Below are positions 8,714 to 16,347 of a stretch of 44,563 bases of DNA, piece by piece (position 1 is the stretch's first letter; every line of letters starts with the position of its first letter). The DNA is from a virus. Its lineage: Duplodnaviria > Caudoviricetes. The stretch covers positions 1-44,563 of IMG/VR virus record IMGVR_UViG_3300037424_001871, one strand, 5' to 3'. The notes under the pieces were generated by a model. That model did not search any database. It saw nothing but the letters and a program-made list of their open reading frames with translations, and was not told where the DNA came from. The position numbers were made by a program, and so were the translations under genes.

Positions 8714-9004
8714 ATGATCGTCTGGTTCGTCGCCGGCATTGGCATCGGCGCCCTGCTGTTCTTTGCCGGCTTCGGCTGGGGGCAGGCATGGGAGCAGCGC
8801 AAGAAGCTGGATCGCGCGTTCACGCTGACCCACTGGCCTCACAGCGACTATGCCGCCCGCCGCGCCGTCGAGGGCGACGAGGACTATGAGCCCGACGCGC
8901 CCGGCCGCTGGCCGATCAGCCCGTGGATGGGAGGGGGACGCTCAAGATCACTTGGCGTGGCGGGGCGTCGGCATGGTTCGGCAGGGCTGGGCATGGCTTG
9001 GTGA
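8714..9004 (+). CDS. Membrane-anchored hypothetical protein
   Basis: N-terminal TM segment; the C-terminus runs into the upstream GGY-NN array. Confidence 0.5.
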   Translation: MIVWFVAGIGIGALLFFAGFGWGQAWEQRKKLDRAFTLTHWPHSDYAARRAVEGDEDYEPDAPGRWPISPWMGGGRSRSLGVAGRRHGSAGLGMAW

Positions 9005-9014
9005 GGCAAGGTTT
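8954..9014 (+). repeat. GGY-NN pentamer array 1 (12 units), candidate guide RNA
   Basis: ggcgt ggcgg ggcgt (c) ggcat ggttc ggcag ggctg ggcat ggctt ggtga ggcaa ggttt; all units start GGY. Confidence 0.85.
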
Positions 9015-9033
9015 TTCGACGAGGAGGCGGTGA

Positions 9034-9630
9034 ATGCTTAAGCGCGTGAGCGAAAGGACGAACGGCGGCAAAGAGGCGATCGATGCCGGTGCGCCGTACA
9101 CGATTTCAGTGACCATCGAGGGGGCGGCCGACATCATGTTCCACCGTTGGAACAGCGAGTCGGTGGATGAAAAAGCGCGGGCCGCGAAAGGTTCGAAGGC
9201 CAAAAAATCCGACGACATCGAGTCCTACGTCTATCGGAACGACAAGGGCGAGATTTCCCTGCCGGGCGAGTACCTGCGCATGGCGATCATCGGCGCCGCG
9301 AAGTACCGGCAGGATCCGCGCTCGCCACGGAAGTCGGCGATGGATCTCTACAAGGCTGGCGTCGTCGCGCTGACGCCTCTCGCCAGTCTCGGATCGAAGG
9401 AATGGGACTACCTCGACACACGCCGCGTGATGATCCAGCGCAACGGCATCAACCGCACGCGGCCGGCGATGAAGGCGGGGTGGCAAGCGACCTTCGAACT
9501 GCTCATCAACCTGCCCGAATACATCGACCGCAATTCTCTGCGCGAGACCATCGAGTCCGCCGGTCGGCTGATCGGCCTAGGTGATTTCCGTCCGACCTTC
9601 GGGCGGTTTGGGATCGTCGCTTTCGAATAG
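9034..9630 (+). CDS. Stand-alone RAMP/Cas7-like RNA-binding protein
   Basis: RAMP-type motifs: first strand YTISVTIEGAADIMFH, LPGEYLRMAI (cf. IPGSSLKGA) and C-terminal G-rich loop IGLGDFRPTFGRF; SD GAGGAGG. Confidence 0.75.
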   Translation: MLKRVSERTNGGKEAIDAGAPYTISVTIEGAADIMFHRWNSESVDEKARAAKGSKAKKSDDIESYVYRNDKGEISLPGEYLRMAIIGAAKYRQDPRSPRKSAMDLYKAGVVALTPLASLGSKEWDYLDTRRVMIQRNGINRTRPAMKAGWQATFELLINLPEYIDRNSLRETIESAGRLIGLGDFRPTFGRFGIVAFE

Positions 9631-9631
9631 G

Positions 9632-9736
9632 GGCAAGGCGTGACGCGGTTGGGTACGGCGTGACAGGGCGAGCCGCGGCTGGGCGCGGTGCGGTTTGGAC
9701 CGGCATGGTGCGGTTTGGCGAGGTGTGGTGAGGTTT
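9632..9736 (+). ncRNA. GGY-NN pentamer array 2 (21 units), candidate guide RNA
   Basis: Unbroken 5-nt period filling the intergenic gap; 17 of 21 units start GGY; ends AGGTTTTTC like array 1. Confidence 0.75.
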
Positions 9737-9741
9737 TTCAC

Positions 9742-10680
9742 ATGATGCAGAAGATCGAACAGCCGGGCATCTACGTCGACTTCGACATCGCGGCCTACAT
9801 GGCTGACCCGTGTCCCGAGCCGTCGTTGTCGCAGACGATCGCCAAAGTTTTGATCGAGCGCAGCCCGGCGCACGCCGCGGCCACGCACCCGAGACTGGCG
9901 CCGCCTCCCGAGGACGACGATGAGGCAGAAAAATATATCGTCGCTCGCGCGATCGGCGATGCGGCTCATCGCTTCATGATCGGCCGCGGCAAGGACATCG
10001 CCGTCGGGGAGTTCAACAGTTGGCGCGGCAAGGATGCAGCCGCGTTCAAGACCGATGCGCTCGCCGCCGGCAGGACGCCGATCCTCGACAAGCACATGGT
10101 CCGCGCGACGCGGATGGTTCATGCGGCACACGATCAAATCGAGGCGGCCGGTTGGTTTGATGCCTTCCACCCCGATAACGGCCACGGCGAGGTCGTCATC
10201 GCCTGGCAGGAGGACGGCCTGTGGTTCCGCTCGATGGTCGACTGGATGGTCAGCCCGACGCTGGCCTACGACTACAAGTCGACGAGCCTGTCCTGCGCGC
10301 CGCACGCTGTCGGCAAGCTGATGGCGGACGCCGGCTGGGACGTGCAGGCCGCCTTTCAGGAGCGCGGGCTTGACGTGCTGGATCCCGACGGGCGCGGCCG
10401 GCGCACCTTCCGCTTCATCGCCCAGGAGAACGAGCCGCCCTACGCGCTGACGCCGGTCGAACTCACCGAGGCGGTGCTGACCATCGGCCGCAAGAAGGTC
10501 GCCTACGCCGTCGCCATGTGGAAAACGTGCATGGCGACCGGGCTGTGGCTGGGCTACCCGTCCGAAATCTGCCGGCCGGAAATGCCCGGCTACAAGGAAA
10601 CGCAGTGGCTCAATCGCGAGATCGAGGAGGCTGACCGGCCGCGCAACCCGAAGCTCGCCTACAGCCTCATGGGCGGCTAG
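9742..10680 (+). CDS. RecE/exonuclease VIII-like PD-(D/E)XK nuclease
   Basis: PGIY...YMADP...SLSQT N-terminus; RSMVDW...YDYKST nuclease motif; QENEPPY. Confidence 0.8.
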   Translation: MMQKIEQPGIYVDFDIAAYMADPCPEPSLSQTIAKVLIERSPAHAAATHPRLAPPPEDDDEAEKYIVARAIGDAAHRFMIGRGKDIAVGEFNSWRGKDAAAFKTDALAAGRTPILDKHMVRATRMVHAAHDQIEAAGWFDAFHPDNGHGEVVIAWQEDGLWFRSMVDWMVSPTLAYDYKSTSLSCAPHAVGKLMADAGWDVQAAFQERGLDVLDPDGRGRRTFRFIAQENEPPYALTPVELTEAVLTIGRKKVAYAVAMWKTCMATGLWLGYPSEICRPEMPGYKETQWLNREIEEADRPRNPKLAYSLMGG

Positions 10681-10694
10681 GGGAGATTTTTGCA

Positions 10695-11267
10695 ATGGAT
10701 ACCGCACACCTGACGATGGTTCGCAGCGAAGCCCGCGAGCTTTACGAGAAGTACCAGGGCGCCATGCACTACGGCGAAGGCATCGACCGGGAGATTGCCC
10801 GCTGCTATCGCCTGCTCGGTCAGGGCAAGCTCATCATCAAGGCGTTGGAGAGCATCAAGAACGCCGGCCTGAACGACGAAGGCTTGCCGAAGCTTGCCAT
10901 GCTCCGCGCCGACGCTAAGGAATGCTGGCTGGAAATGTGGATGAACGGCTCCGCTCATTTCCGGTCGTGGGAGAACCGATGGAGCCGAAAGAGCGTGAAC
11001 AAGAGCCAGGTCAACCTTCCGGCAGCCACGTTCCCTCCGCGCCTTTCTCACCTCAGCAACCGCAAGGCCATCGTGCCCATCGTCCCGCTTCACCTTCGCC
11101 CGAAGCACAAGATGTCGAACTATCACATCCTTTGGGAGGCCGACTGGCGCATCGTGCCCCGCGACCCCTATTTGCTTCGCCGGCTCGGCAAGGGTGACTT
11201 GTGGCTGGTCGTCGCGATGTGGGATTTGACTGAAGTGGAGCGTGCGGCGTTGCAGGCGCGGGTATGA
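10695..11267 (+). CDS. Hypothetical protein
   Basis: SD GGGGAG; YHILWEADW...PRDPYLLRR...WDLTEVE motif. Confidence 0.7.
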   Translation: MDTAHLTMVRSEARELYEKYQGAMHYGEGIDREIARCYRLLGQGKLIIKALESIKNAGLNDEGLPKLAMLRADAKECWLEMWMNGSAHFRSWENRWSRKSVNKSQVNLPAATFPPRLSHLSNRKAIVPIVPLHLRPKHKMSNYHILWEADWRIVPRDPYLLRRLGKGDLWLVVAMWDLTEVERAALQARV

Positions 11268-12379
11268 ACGCGCCCGCCCGCTTCGAGTTCAAGCCCGCCG
11301 TTCGCGACCGCGTGGCGCTGCTGATCGCCCTGGCCGGCGCCTCCGGCTCCGGCAAGACGCTGTCGGCGCTGCTGATGGCGCGCGGCCTTGCCGATGGCGA
11401 CGACAGCCAGATTGCGGTTATCGACACCGAGGCGCGCCGCGCGCTTCACTACGCCGTCGCTCCCGGCGAGAACCCGGCAGCCAATCGCTTCGCTTTCCGT
11501 CACGGCGAACTGCGCGCGCCGTTCACCCCGGAAGCCTACGCCGACGGCATCATGGCGGCCGACGAGAGCGGCGCTGCCGTGATCGTGGTCGATTCGGTAT
11601 CGCATTCCTGGGAGGGCGAAGGTGGCCTGCAGGAGATCCACGACGACCTGGTGCGGGCCGCCGTCGAGAAGGCTCGTGAGAACCACAATCAGAACTGGGG
11701 ACCGTTCGACGAAAGCAAGGCGGCCGACAAGGCATCGGTCGGCGCTTGGCGCGAGCCGAAGGCGCGCAACAAGCGCTTCGTCAACCGCCTGCTGCAATGC
11801 CGCGCGCACCTGATCCTGTGCCTGCGCGCCGACGAGAAGATCCGCATCGAGAAGGTCAAGGAGACCGGCAAGGGCGGAAAGGAATATGAGCGCACGGTGA
11901 TCGTGCAGCCGAAGGACATGCCGCCGGCCGAGCGCTGGGTGCCGATCTGCGAGAAGCGGTTCATGTACGAGATGACGCTGTCGCTGCTGCTGACGCCGCT
12001 CGATCCCGGCAAGCCGATTCCGATCAAGCTGCAGGCGCAGCATCGCGACGCCGTTCCGGTCGACCGCCCGCTGTCGGAACAATCCGGCCGCGACCTTGCC
12101 GCATGGGCCAAGGGCGGCGCAGCCAACCCCGCCCCCGCGGGGCCAGCCGGGGGAGCCGCGGCCGATCGTGGTCCCTCCACCGAAGAAGCGAGCGACTTCC
12201 CCGGCGACGCAGCCGAGACCCCGGACGCCGCCACGACTCGCCTCGAGCAGATCGCCCGCGACGAGGGCATGGTCGCGCTCGGTGCGGCGTGGGGCGCACT
12301 CGGCGAAGGCACACGCAAATCGATCGGCAAGCACGGCCTCGAAAGGCTGAAGGAAATCGCAGCGGGGAGCGCGCCATGA
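11264..12379 (+). CDS. AAA ATPase, Sak4-like recombination protein
   Basis: Walker A GASGSGKT, IDTE, Walker B VIVVDSVSHSWEGEGG. Confidence 0.85.
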   Translation: MNAPARFEFKPAVRDRVALLIALAGASGSGKTLSALLMARGLADGDDSQIAVIDTEARRALHYAVAPGENPAANRFAFRHGELRAPFTPEAYADGIMAADESGAAVIVVDSVSHSWEGEGGLQEIHDDLVRAAVEKARENHNQNWGPFDESKAADKASVGAWREPKARNKRFVNRLLQCRAHLILCLRADEKIRIEKVKETGKGGKEYERTVIVQPKDMPPAERWVPICEKRFMYEMTLSLLLTPLDPGKPIPIKLQAQHRDAVPVDRPLSEQSGRDLAAWAKGGAANPAPAGPAGGAAADRGPSTEEASDFPGDAAETPDAATTRLEQIARDEGMVALGAAWGALGEGTRKSIGKHGLERLKEIAAGSAP

Positions 12380-12480
12380 CCGTCGATCGCTGGCTTGCCT
12401 TGATCTACTTCTTCGGCTCCTGCGCGACAATCATCATCGTCGCGCAGATCATTTGGGGGCAGTGAGATGCCCGACGCAGG

Positions 12481-12777
12481 ATGACCGCCCGCGCTCCGGT
12501 GGCCGACACCCTCTACAAGAGCGACGTCGAGATCGCCCGCGAACTCGGGGTGCCGCCGGCGAAGTGGCGCGCGAATGCCGTCGTGCTCGAGCGCCGCGGT
12601 CTCCCGCCGCCCGATCCGATGTTCGACGGCAAGAGGTACTGGCCGGCGGTGAAAGCCTTCCTTGACCGCCGCAATGGCCTGGGAGCAGCATTGGCGCCGG
12701 CCTTCGCGCCGGACGGCGAAGAACACTTCGGGGACAAGCGAGATGGCAGACGGATTCCAAAGGCGGCAACGGGCTGA
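12481..12777 (+). CDS. Excisionase-like protein
   Basis: Winged-helix-like (GLPPPDPMFDGKRYWPAVKAFLD), directly upstream of int. Confidence 0.6.
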   Translation: MTARAPVADTLYKSDVEIARELGVPPAKWRANAVVLERRGLPPPDPMFDGKRYWPAVKAFLDRRNGLGAALAPAFAPDGEEHFGDKRDGRRIPKAATG

Positions 12778-13924
12778 CGGTGCCTTTGCCCACTATTGGG
12801 TTGCCTTGGCGGTGAGCCGCAAGGCGGCCGACTACCCGGTCAAGACAAGGCGTCTCAGCGACGACGAGGACGAGGCGCGGAACCAATGCCGCATCCTGGC
12901 CGCCGAGCTGCGGGAATGGCTTGGAGGGCAGAAGCCGGCGCCGACCTTCGACGGCACTGTGGCCAGCCTCGCCGGCGTCTATACCCACGACGAGGATTCG
13001 CCCTATCGCGCGATCAAGGCCAACACCCGCCGACAATACGACGACAGCCTGGCCGTCATCACGTCACTGGTCGGCGCCCGCCGCGTCGATGCGCTGACAC
13101 GCAAGGACTTCATTCGCTGGCACCGCGAGTTTCGTTTCCCCGACGGGCCCGACGGCCCCGACCGCCTGCGCCGCGCGCACCATGCCATGAAGCTCGTCCG
13201 CATCCTCGTCAACTTCGGCGCCTCGATGCGCTTTCCAGGCTGTGCCGAAGCCGCGATGGTACTGTCGCGGATGCGTTTCGAGATCCCGGCGCCGCGGCGC
13301 TCGCAGCTTTTGTTCGCCCAGGCGTCGGCCATCGTCGACGCAGCGATTGCGGGCAGGCGCCCGTCGATCGCTCTGGCCCAGGCGTTGCAGTTCGAACTCA
13401 TGCTGCGCCAGAAGGACGTGATCGGCGAGTGGGTCTACATGCCCGGCGGCGCGGCCGGCATCGCGTCCGGTGGCTGGCAGTGGATGAACGGCTTGCTGTG
13501 GTCGGACATTTCGGCCGACGGCGTGCTGACGAAGCGCACGACAAAGACGGGGGCAATCGGCGAGTGGCGCCTGGCGCTCTATCCTCTGGTGCAGCGGGCG
13601 CTCGCCTGCTTCCCGCCCGAGAAGCGCATCGGCCCGATGATCGTCAGCGAATCCACGGGCCTGCCCTACCGCGCCGACGACCACCGGATCAAGTGGCGCG
13701 GGTTTGCGACAGCGGCAGGCGTGCCGGTCGATGTGTGGAACATGGACAGCCGCGCGGGCGGGATCACTGAGGGGGCCGACGCTGGAGCGACCATCGAAGA
13801 CTTGCGCAGGTCGGCGACTCATTCGGATGGAAAGATGACGGCCCGCTATATCCGCAGCTCAGAGAAGGCGACGAGCACCGTGGCGACGCTCAGGGTGGCG
13901 AGCAGGAAGAACGATACCCCGTAG
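12743..13924 (+). CDS. int: Tyrosine integrase
   Basis: Catalytic motifs LMLRQKDV (R), WNMDSRAGG (R) and THSDGKMTARY (H, Y); attP follows. Confidence 0.9.
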   Translation: MADGFQRRQRADGAFAHYWVALAVSRKAADYPVKTRRLSDDEDEARNQCRILAAELREWLGGQKPAPTFDGTVASLAGVYTHDEDSPYRAIKANTRRQYDDSLAVITSLVGARRVDALTRKDFIRWHREFRFPDGPDGPDRLRRAHHAMKLVRILVNFGASMRFPGCAEAAMVLSRMRFEIPAPRRSQLLFAQASAIVDAAIAGRRPSIALAQALQFELMLRQKDVIGEWVYMPGGAAGIASGGWQWMNGLLWSDISADGVLTKRTTKTGAIGEWRLALYPLVQRALACFPPEKRIGPMIVSESTGLPYRADDHRIKWRGFATAAGVPVDVWNMDSRAGGITEGADAGATIEDLRRSATHSDGKMTARYIRSSEKATSTVATLRVASRKNDTP

Positions 13925-13957
13925 CAACGTCGGCGTTAGTTATCAATGGCTTGGCCA

Positions 13958-13997
13958 AGCTTGGGAAGCTGCCGTTCTGCCATTGAACTACACCCGC
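13958..13997 (-). other. attP core: 5' half of tRNA-Gly(CCC)
   Basis: Minus strand GCGGGTGTAGTTCAATGGCAGAACGGCAGCTTCCCAAGCT = acceptor 5' strand, D arm and CCC anticodon loop, then similarity stops. Confidence 0.9.
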
Positions 13998-14011
13998 ATT
14001 GCTTGGGGTTC

Positions 14012-14053
14012 AGCTTAGCGCGTTGCGACGCCCATTGCTACGCTCGTTGCGCA
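14012..14053 (-). promoter_or_regulatory. Integrase arm-type repeats and candidate replacement tRNA promoter
   Basis: 9-mers at 14021, 14033 and 14045 (12-bp period; GTCGCAACG, GTAGCAATG, TGCGCAACG), inverted copy GTAGCAACG at 13921; TAGCAA-17-TAAGCT ends 14 nt before the tRNA fragment. Confidence 0.55.
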
Positions 14054-14101
14054 CTTTGTTCCCGGCGCGTTTCAGCGTAGGCGATTTTCAACGGGGCGCT
14101 C

Positions 14102-14338
14102 CTAATTCGTTAAGGCGAGCGCCCGCAAGGCGCGGACGATCAGATCGCGGTTGGCAACAGAAATTGTGAGCGACACGCTCTCAAGAGATTCATGGATTGA
14201 CGGAAACCCGATTGCGAATGATTTTGCTTCGGCGATCTCGTCAGCGAGTTCCGAGGGGTCGCTGGCGCATCCGCGTGTTGTCGCGGCCTCTGCTGGCTCT
14301 ACAAGAACCAGCCTGCGGAAAACCTCTGCGTCGTCCAT
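14102..14338 (-). CDS. Hypothetical protein
   Basis: SD AAGGAG then ATG. Confidence 0.55.
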   Translation of the reverse strand: MDDAEVFRRLVLVEPAEAATTRGCASDPSELADEIAEAKSFAIGFPSIHESLESVSLTISVANRDLIVRALRALALTN

Positions 14339-14349
14339 CGGGCGCTCCT

Positions 14350-14715
14350 TTATTTTGCGATGCCAATCGCGACCTTCGCCGCATGACGGCGATCCCACTC
14401 GGCCTGCGGGATGGACTGCACACGGGTAAACTCTCTCGTCGCCTCGGCCTCTGCATCGATGCCAATGGCCTTCGCGAGCAGTTCGAGCGTGCAGAGCGAT
14501 TGCCCCAGCTCCCTGCCCACCTCGCCGGTCGGCCTGGAGCAGACGCGAGTGACAATGGCCCCGAGGGTAGCGGCCGATAAATCAAGCGCATGTCCGAGTT
14601 CGGCGGCCTCCTCAAAGAAGCGCATAGCGCGCTCCTGCGGATCAAGTGCAACGTCGCCGAAGGTGCGATGTGCCCACTCAAGAAACCGCGTCGGGCGATC
14701 AATCTGCATATCCAT
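14350..14715 (-). CDS. MazG-like nucleotide pyrophosphohydrolase
   Basis: RFFEEAAEL...EVGRELGQ acidic helical motif. Confidence 0.55.
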   Translation of the reverse strand: MDMQIDRPTRFLEWAHRTFGDVALDPQERAMRFFEEAAELGHALDLSAATLGAIVTRVCSRPTGEVGRELGQSLCTLELLAKAIGIDAEAEATREFTRVQSIPQAEWDRRHAAKVAIGIAK

Positions 14716-14723
14716 TTCGGCTC

Positions 14724-14900
14724 CTATTCCGTCAGGACGGTGCCAAACTGGCTCGGCTGATTTTCCGGGTCGAACACGGCCTGAAGCGTCGCGGCGGCCT
14801 CATCACAGGCTTGGCGCGACACCTTGACGAACACGCCATCTTCATCGGCCTGCGTGTAGTCGCGCAGTGCCTCAATCAGTTTTTTGATGTCCTTGTCCAT
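14724..14900 (-). CDS. Hypothetical protein (58 aa, below ORF-track cut-off)
   Basis: MDKDIKKLIEALRDY...VLTE*; SD AGGAG. Confidence 0.6.
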   Translation of the reverse strand: MDKDIKKLIEALRDYTQADEDGVFVKVSRQACDEAAATLQAVFDPENQPSQFGTVLTE

Positions 14901-14910
14901 TTCCAGTCTC

Positions 14911-15213
14911 CTAAGTTTTCAGAGGATAGCCGCGGGCATCGCGCTTGCGGCCGTCGCTCTTGGTCAGCATTGCAGCCGCGACGCTATCGCCGCAGAAGTC
15001 GATGCTACTATCCGCGTTCGCATACTTCTGGAACCACGGGTCTAGGTTTCTCCCGACCGGCTTGACGACCACCGTGGGCGTTCCACCAAGCACATCGGGC
15101 GAATAGGTCAGTTCGTTCTCTTTGAAGGAGACAATCTCCCACTCGCCATTCGAGTCGGTGAAGTGATCGCCGACCTTCGCCTCGATGGCACCGGACGAGC
15201 ATCGCAATTCCAT
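14911..15213 (-). CDS. Hypothetical protein
   Basis: SD AGGAG; lower-GC codon use. Confidence 0.6.
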   Translation of the reverse strand: MELRCSSGAIEAKVGDHFTDSNGEWEIVSFKENELTYSPDVLGGTPTVVVKPVGRNLDPWFQKYANADSSIDFCGDSVAAAMLTKSDGRKRDARGYPLKT

Positions 15214-15222
15214 CGGGCGCTC

Positions 15223-15420
15223 CTAATCCGTTAACGGTCGGCAACTGACGACGAAGGCACCCTTCGGGCCGCCAACCGCTACAACGCGGTTCATGTAGAG
15301 GCAGTGGTCCAGCGTCACGGTGTCCTCGATGCGCCACGCCTCTTTGAGCGCACCGTTTCCATCAGGCACCCAGCAGGTGATGAGCATCGCGACCAAGCCT
15401 GTCATTGTCATACCTGCCAT
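15223..15420 (-). CDS. Small, possibly secreted hypothetical protein
   Basis: SD AGGAG; hydrophobic N-terminus; three Cys. Confidence 0.5.
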   Translation of the reverse strand: MAGMTMTGLVAMLITCWVPDGNGALKEAWRIEDTVTLDHCLYMNRVVAVGGPKGAFVVSCRPLTD

Positions 15421-15431
15421 CGGCCAGTCTC

Positions 15432-16025
15432 CTAATCGTCTTTGAGTAGACCGCGCGATCTCGCGATCAGCGGCAGTTTCTCCAGGCACCATGTCCTGCC
15501 CGGCATCGGCTTGATGGCGAGCCGCTTAATGGCTTCCTTGCGCTCGCGCCAGTTCCGATACTTCTTGCTTTCCAGAACGCGGAGCAGGTCGCGCAGGTCT
15601 GTGTCGCTGTAGAAGTCAGATAGGGGCTGCGAGCCCTTCCGGCCATTCAAGACGGACTTGGCACCCTGGGCGAGCCGCCGGCACACGTCATCGCCCTCAG
15701 CCGCCATGCTGACCCAGGACTTCAGCGAGTTGCGGCTCTTGTTGTCGGTGATCGAGCAGCCGCGCTTGTGGATCGCCACCTTCACGGCCACCATCTCGTC
15801 AACCCGGTTTGACTTTCGACCTTTCTGCTCGGCCAGAAGGCCAGCCGACACGACCAGGGCAATGCGCGGCGGGCGCATCTGCTTCACGAAGTTTTCAAAG
15901 TCTGCCGCGACCTTGCAGACATAGACCTCAGCCGGCTCGAACCGTGCGAGCAGTTTGCGTTGCTCCGCTTCGGACAGGTTGCGCACCGGCTGAATGAGGG
16001 CGCGATATTCGGGTTTCTCTGCCAT
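15432..16025 (-). CDS. Hypothetical protein, possibly a degenerate serine-resolvase fold
   Basis: Residue spacing resembles the resolvase N-domain, but the RVS catalytic motif is absent. Confidence 0.5.
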   Translation of the reverse strand: MAEKPEYRALIQPVRNLSEAEQRKLLARFEPAEVYVCKVAADFENFVKQMRPPRIALVVSAGLLAEQKGRKSNRVDEMVAVKVAIHKRGCSITDNKSRNSLKSWVSMAAEGDDVCRRLAQGAKSVLNGRKGSQPLSDFYSDTDLRDLLRVLESKKYRNWRERKEAIKRLAIKPMPGRTWCLEKLPLIARSRGLLKDD

Positions 16026-16084
16026 TTCCCGGACATCGTAAATCAGGGGTGGACAAATGGCAAGAGGGCGCTTAGATTCTTCTC

Positions 16085-16333
16085 ATGACGATCCGCACAA
16101 CCTTCCTGGACCCGGACAATCGGCGCTACGCGAAGACCGATCTGTTCTGCTGCCGCTGTAACAAGGACATCAAGGGTTCGCACCGGATCGTTCACCTCGT
16201 CGCCGGCGGCGCCCAGGTGCTTCATCCCGACGATGAGCTTGCCTACGTGTCAGACGGTGGCGACCTTGGAGCCCAGGCGATCGGACCGGACTGCGCCCGC
16301 AAGCTCGGCCTCGAATGGTCACGCCCAGCCTGA
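16085..16333 (+). CDS. Small Cys-rich (Zn-binding) protein
   Basis: CCRC...GPDC. Confidence 0.6.
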   Translation: MTIRTTFLDPDNRRYAKTDLFCCRCNKDIKGSHRIVHLVAGGAQVLHPDDELAYVSDGGDLGAQAIGPDCARKLGLEWSRPA

Positions 16334-16347
16334 GAAGGAAACGCCCG

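Noticed and set aside
8954-9736. Canonical CRISPR array or simple microsatellite
   Set aside because: There are no 25-45-bp repeats with spacers. The unit is 5 nt with hypervariable positions 4-5, unlike slippage repeats.
8954-9736. Self-target of the NN code within this genome
   Set aside because: None found by eye and the gap rule is unknown. This needs a computational search, so no target is claimed.
9688-9741. N-terminal extension of recE in the ORF track (MRFGPAWCGLARCG)
   Set aside because: It is only the translation of the array; the family-like start is ATG 9742/9745.
13958-13997. Functional phage tRNA-Gly gene
   Set aside because: Only the 5' half is present, with no T arm or 3' acceptor strand; interpreted as the attP core.
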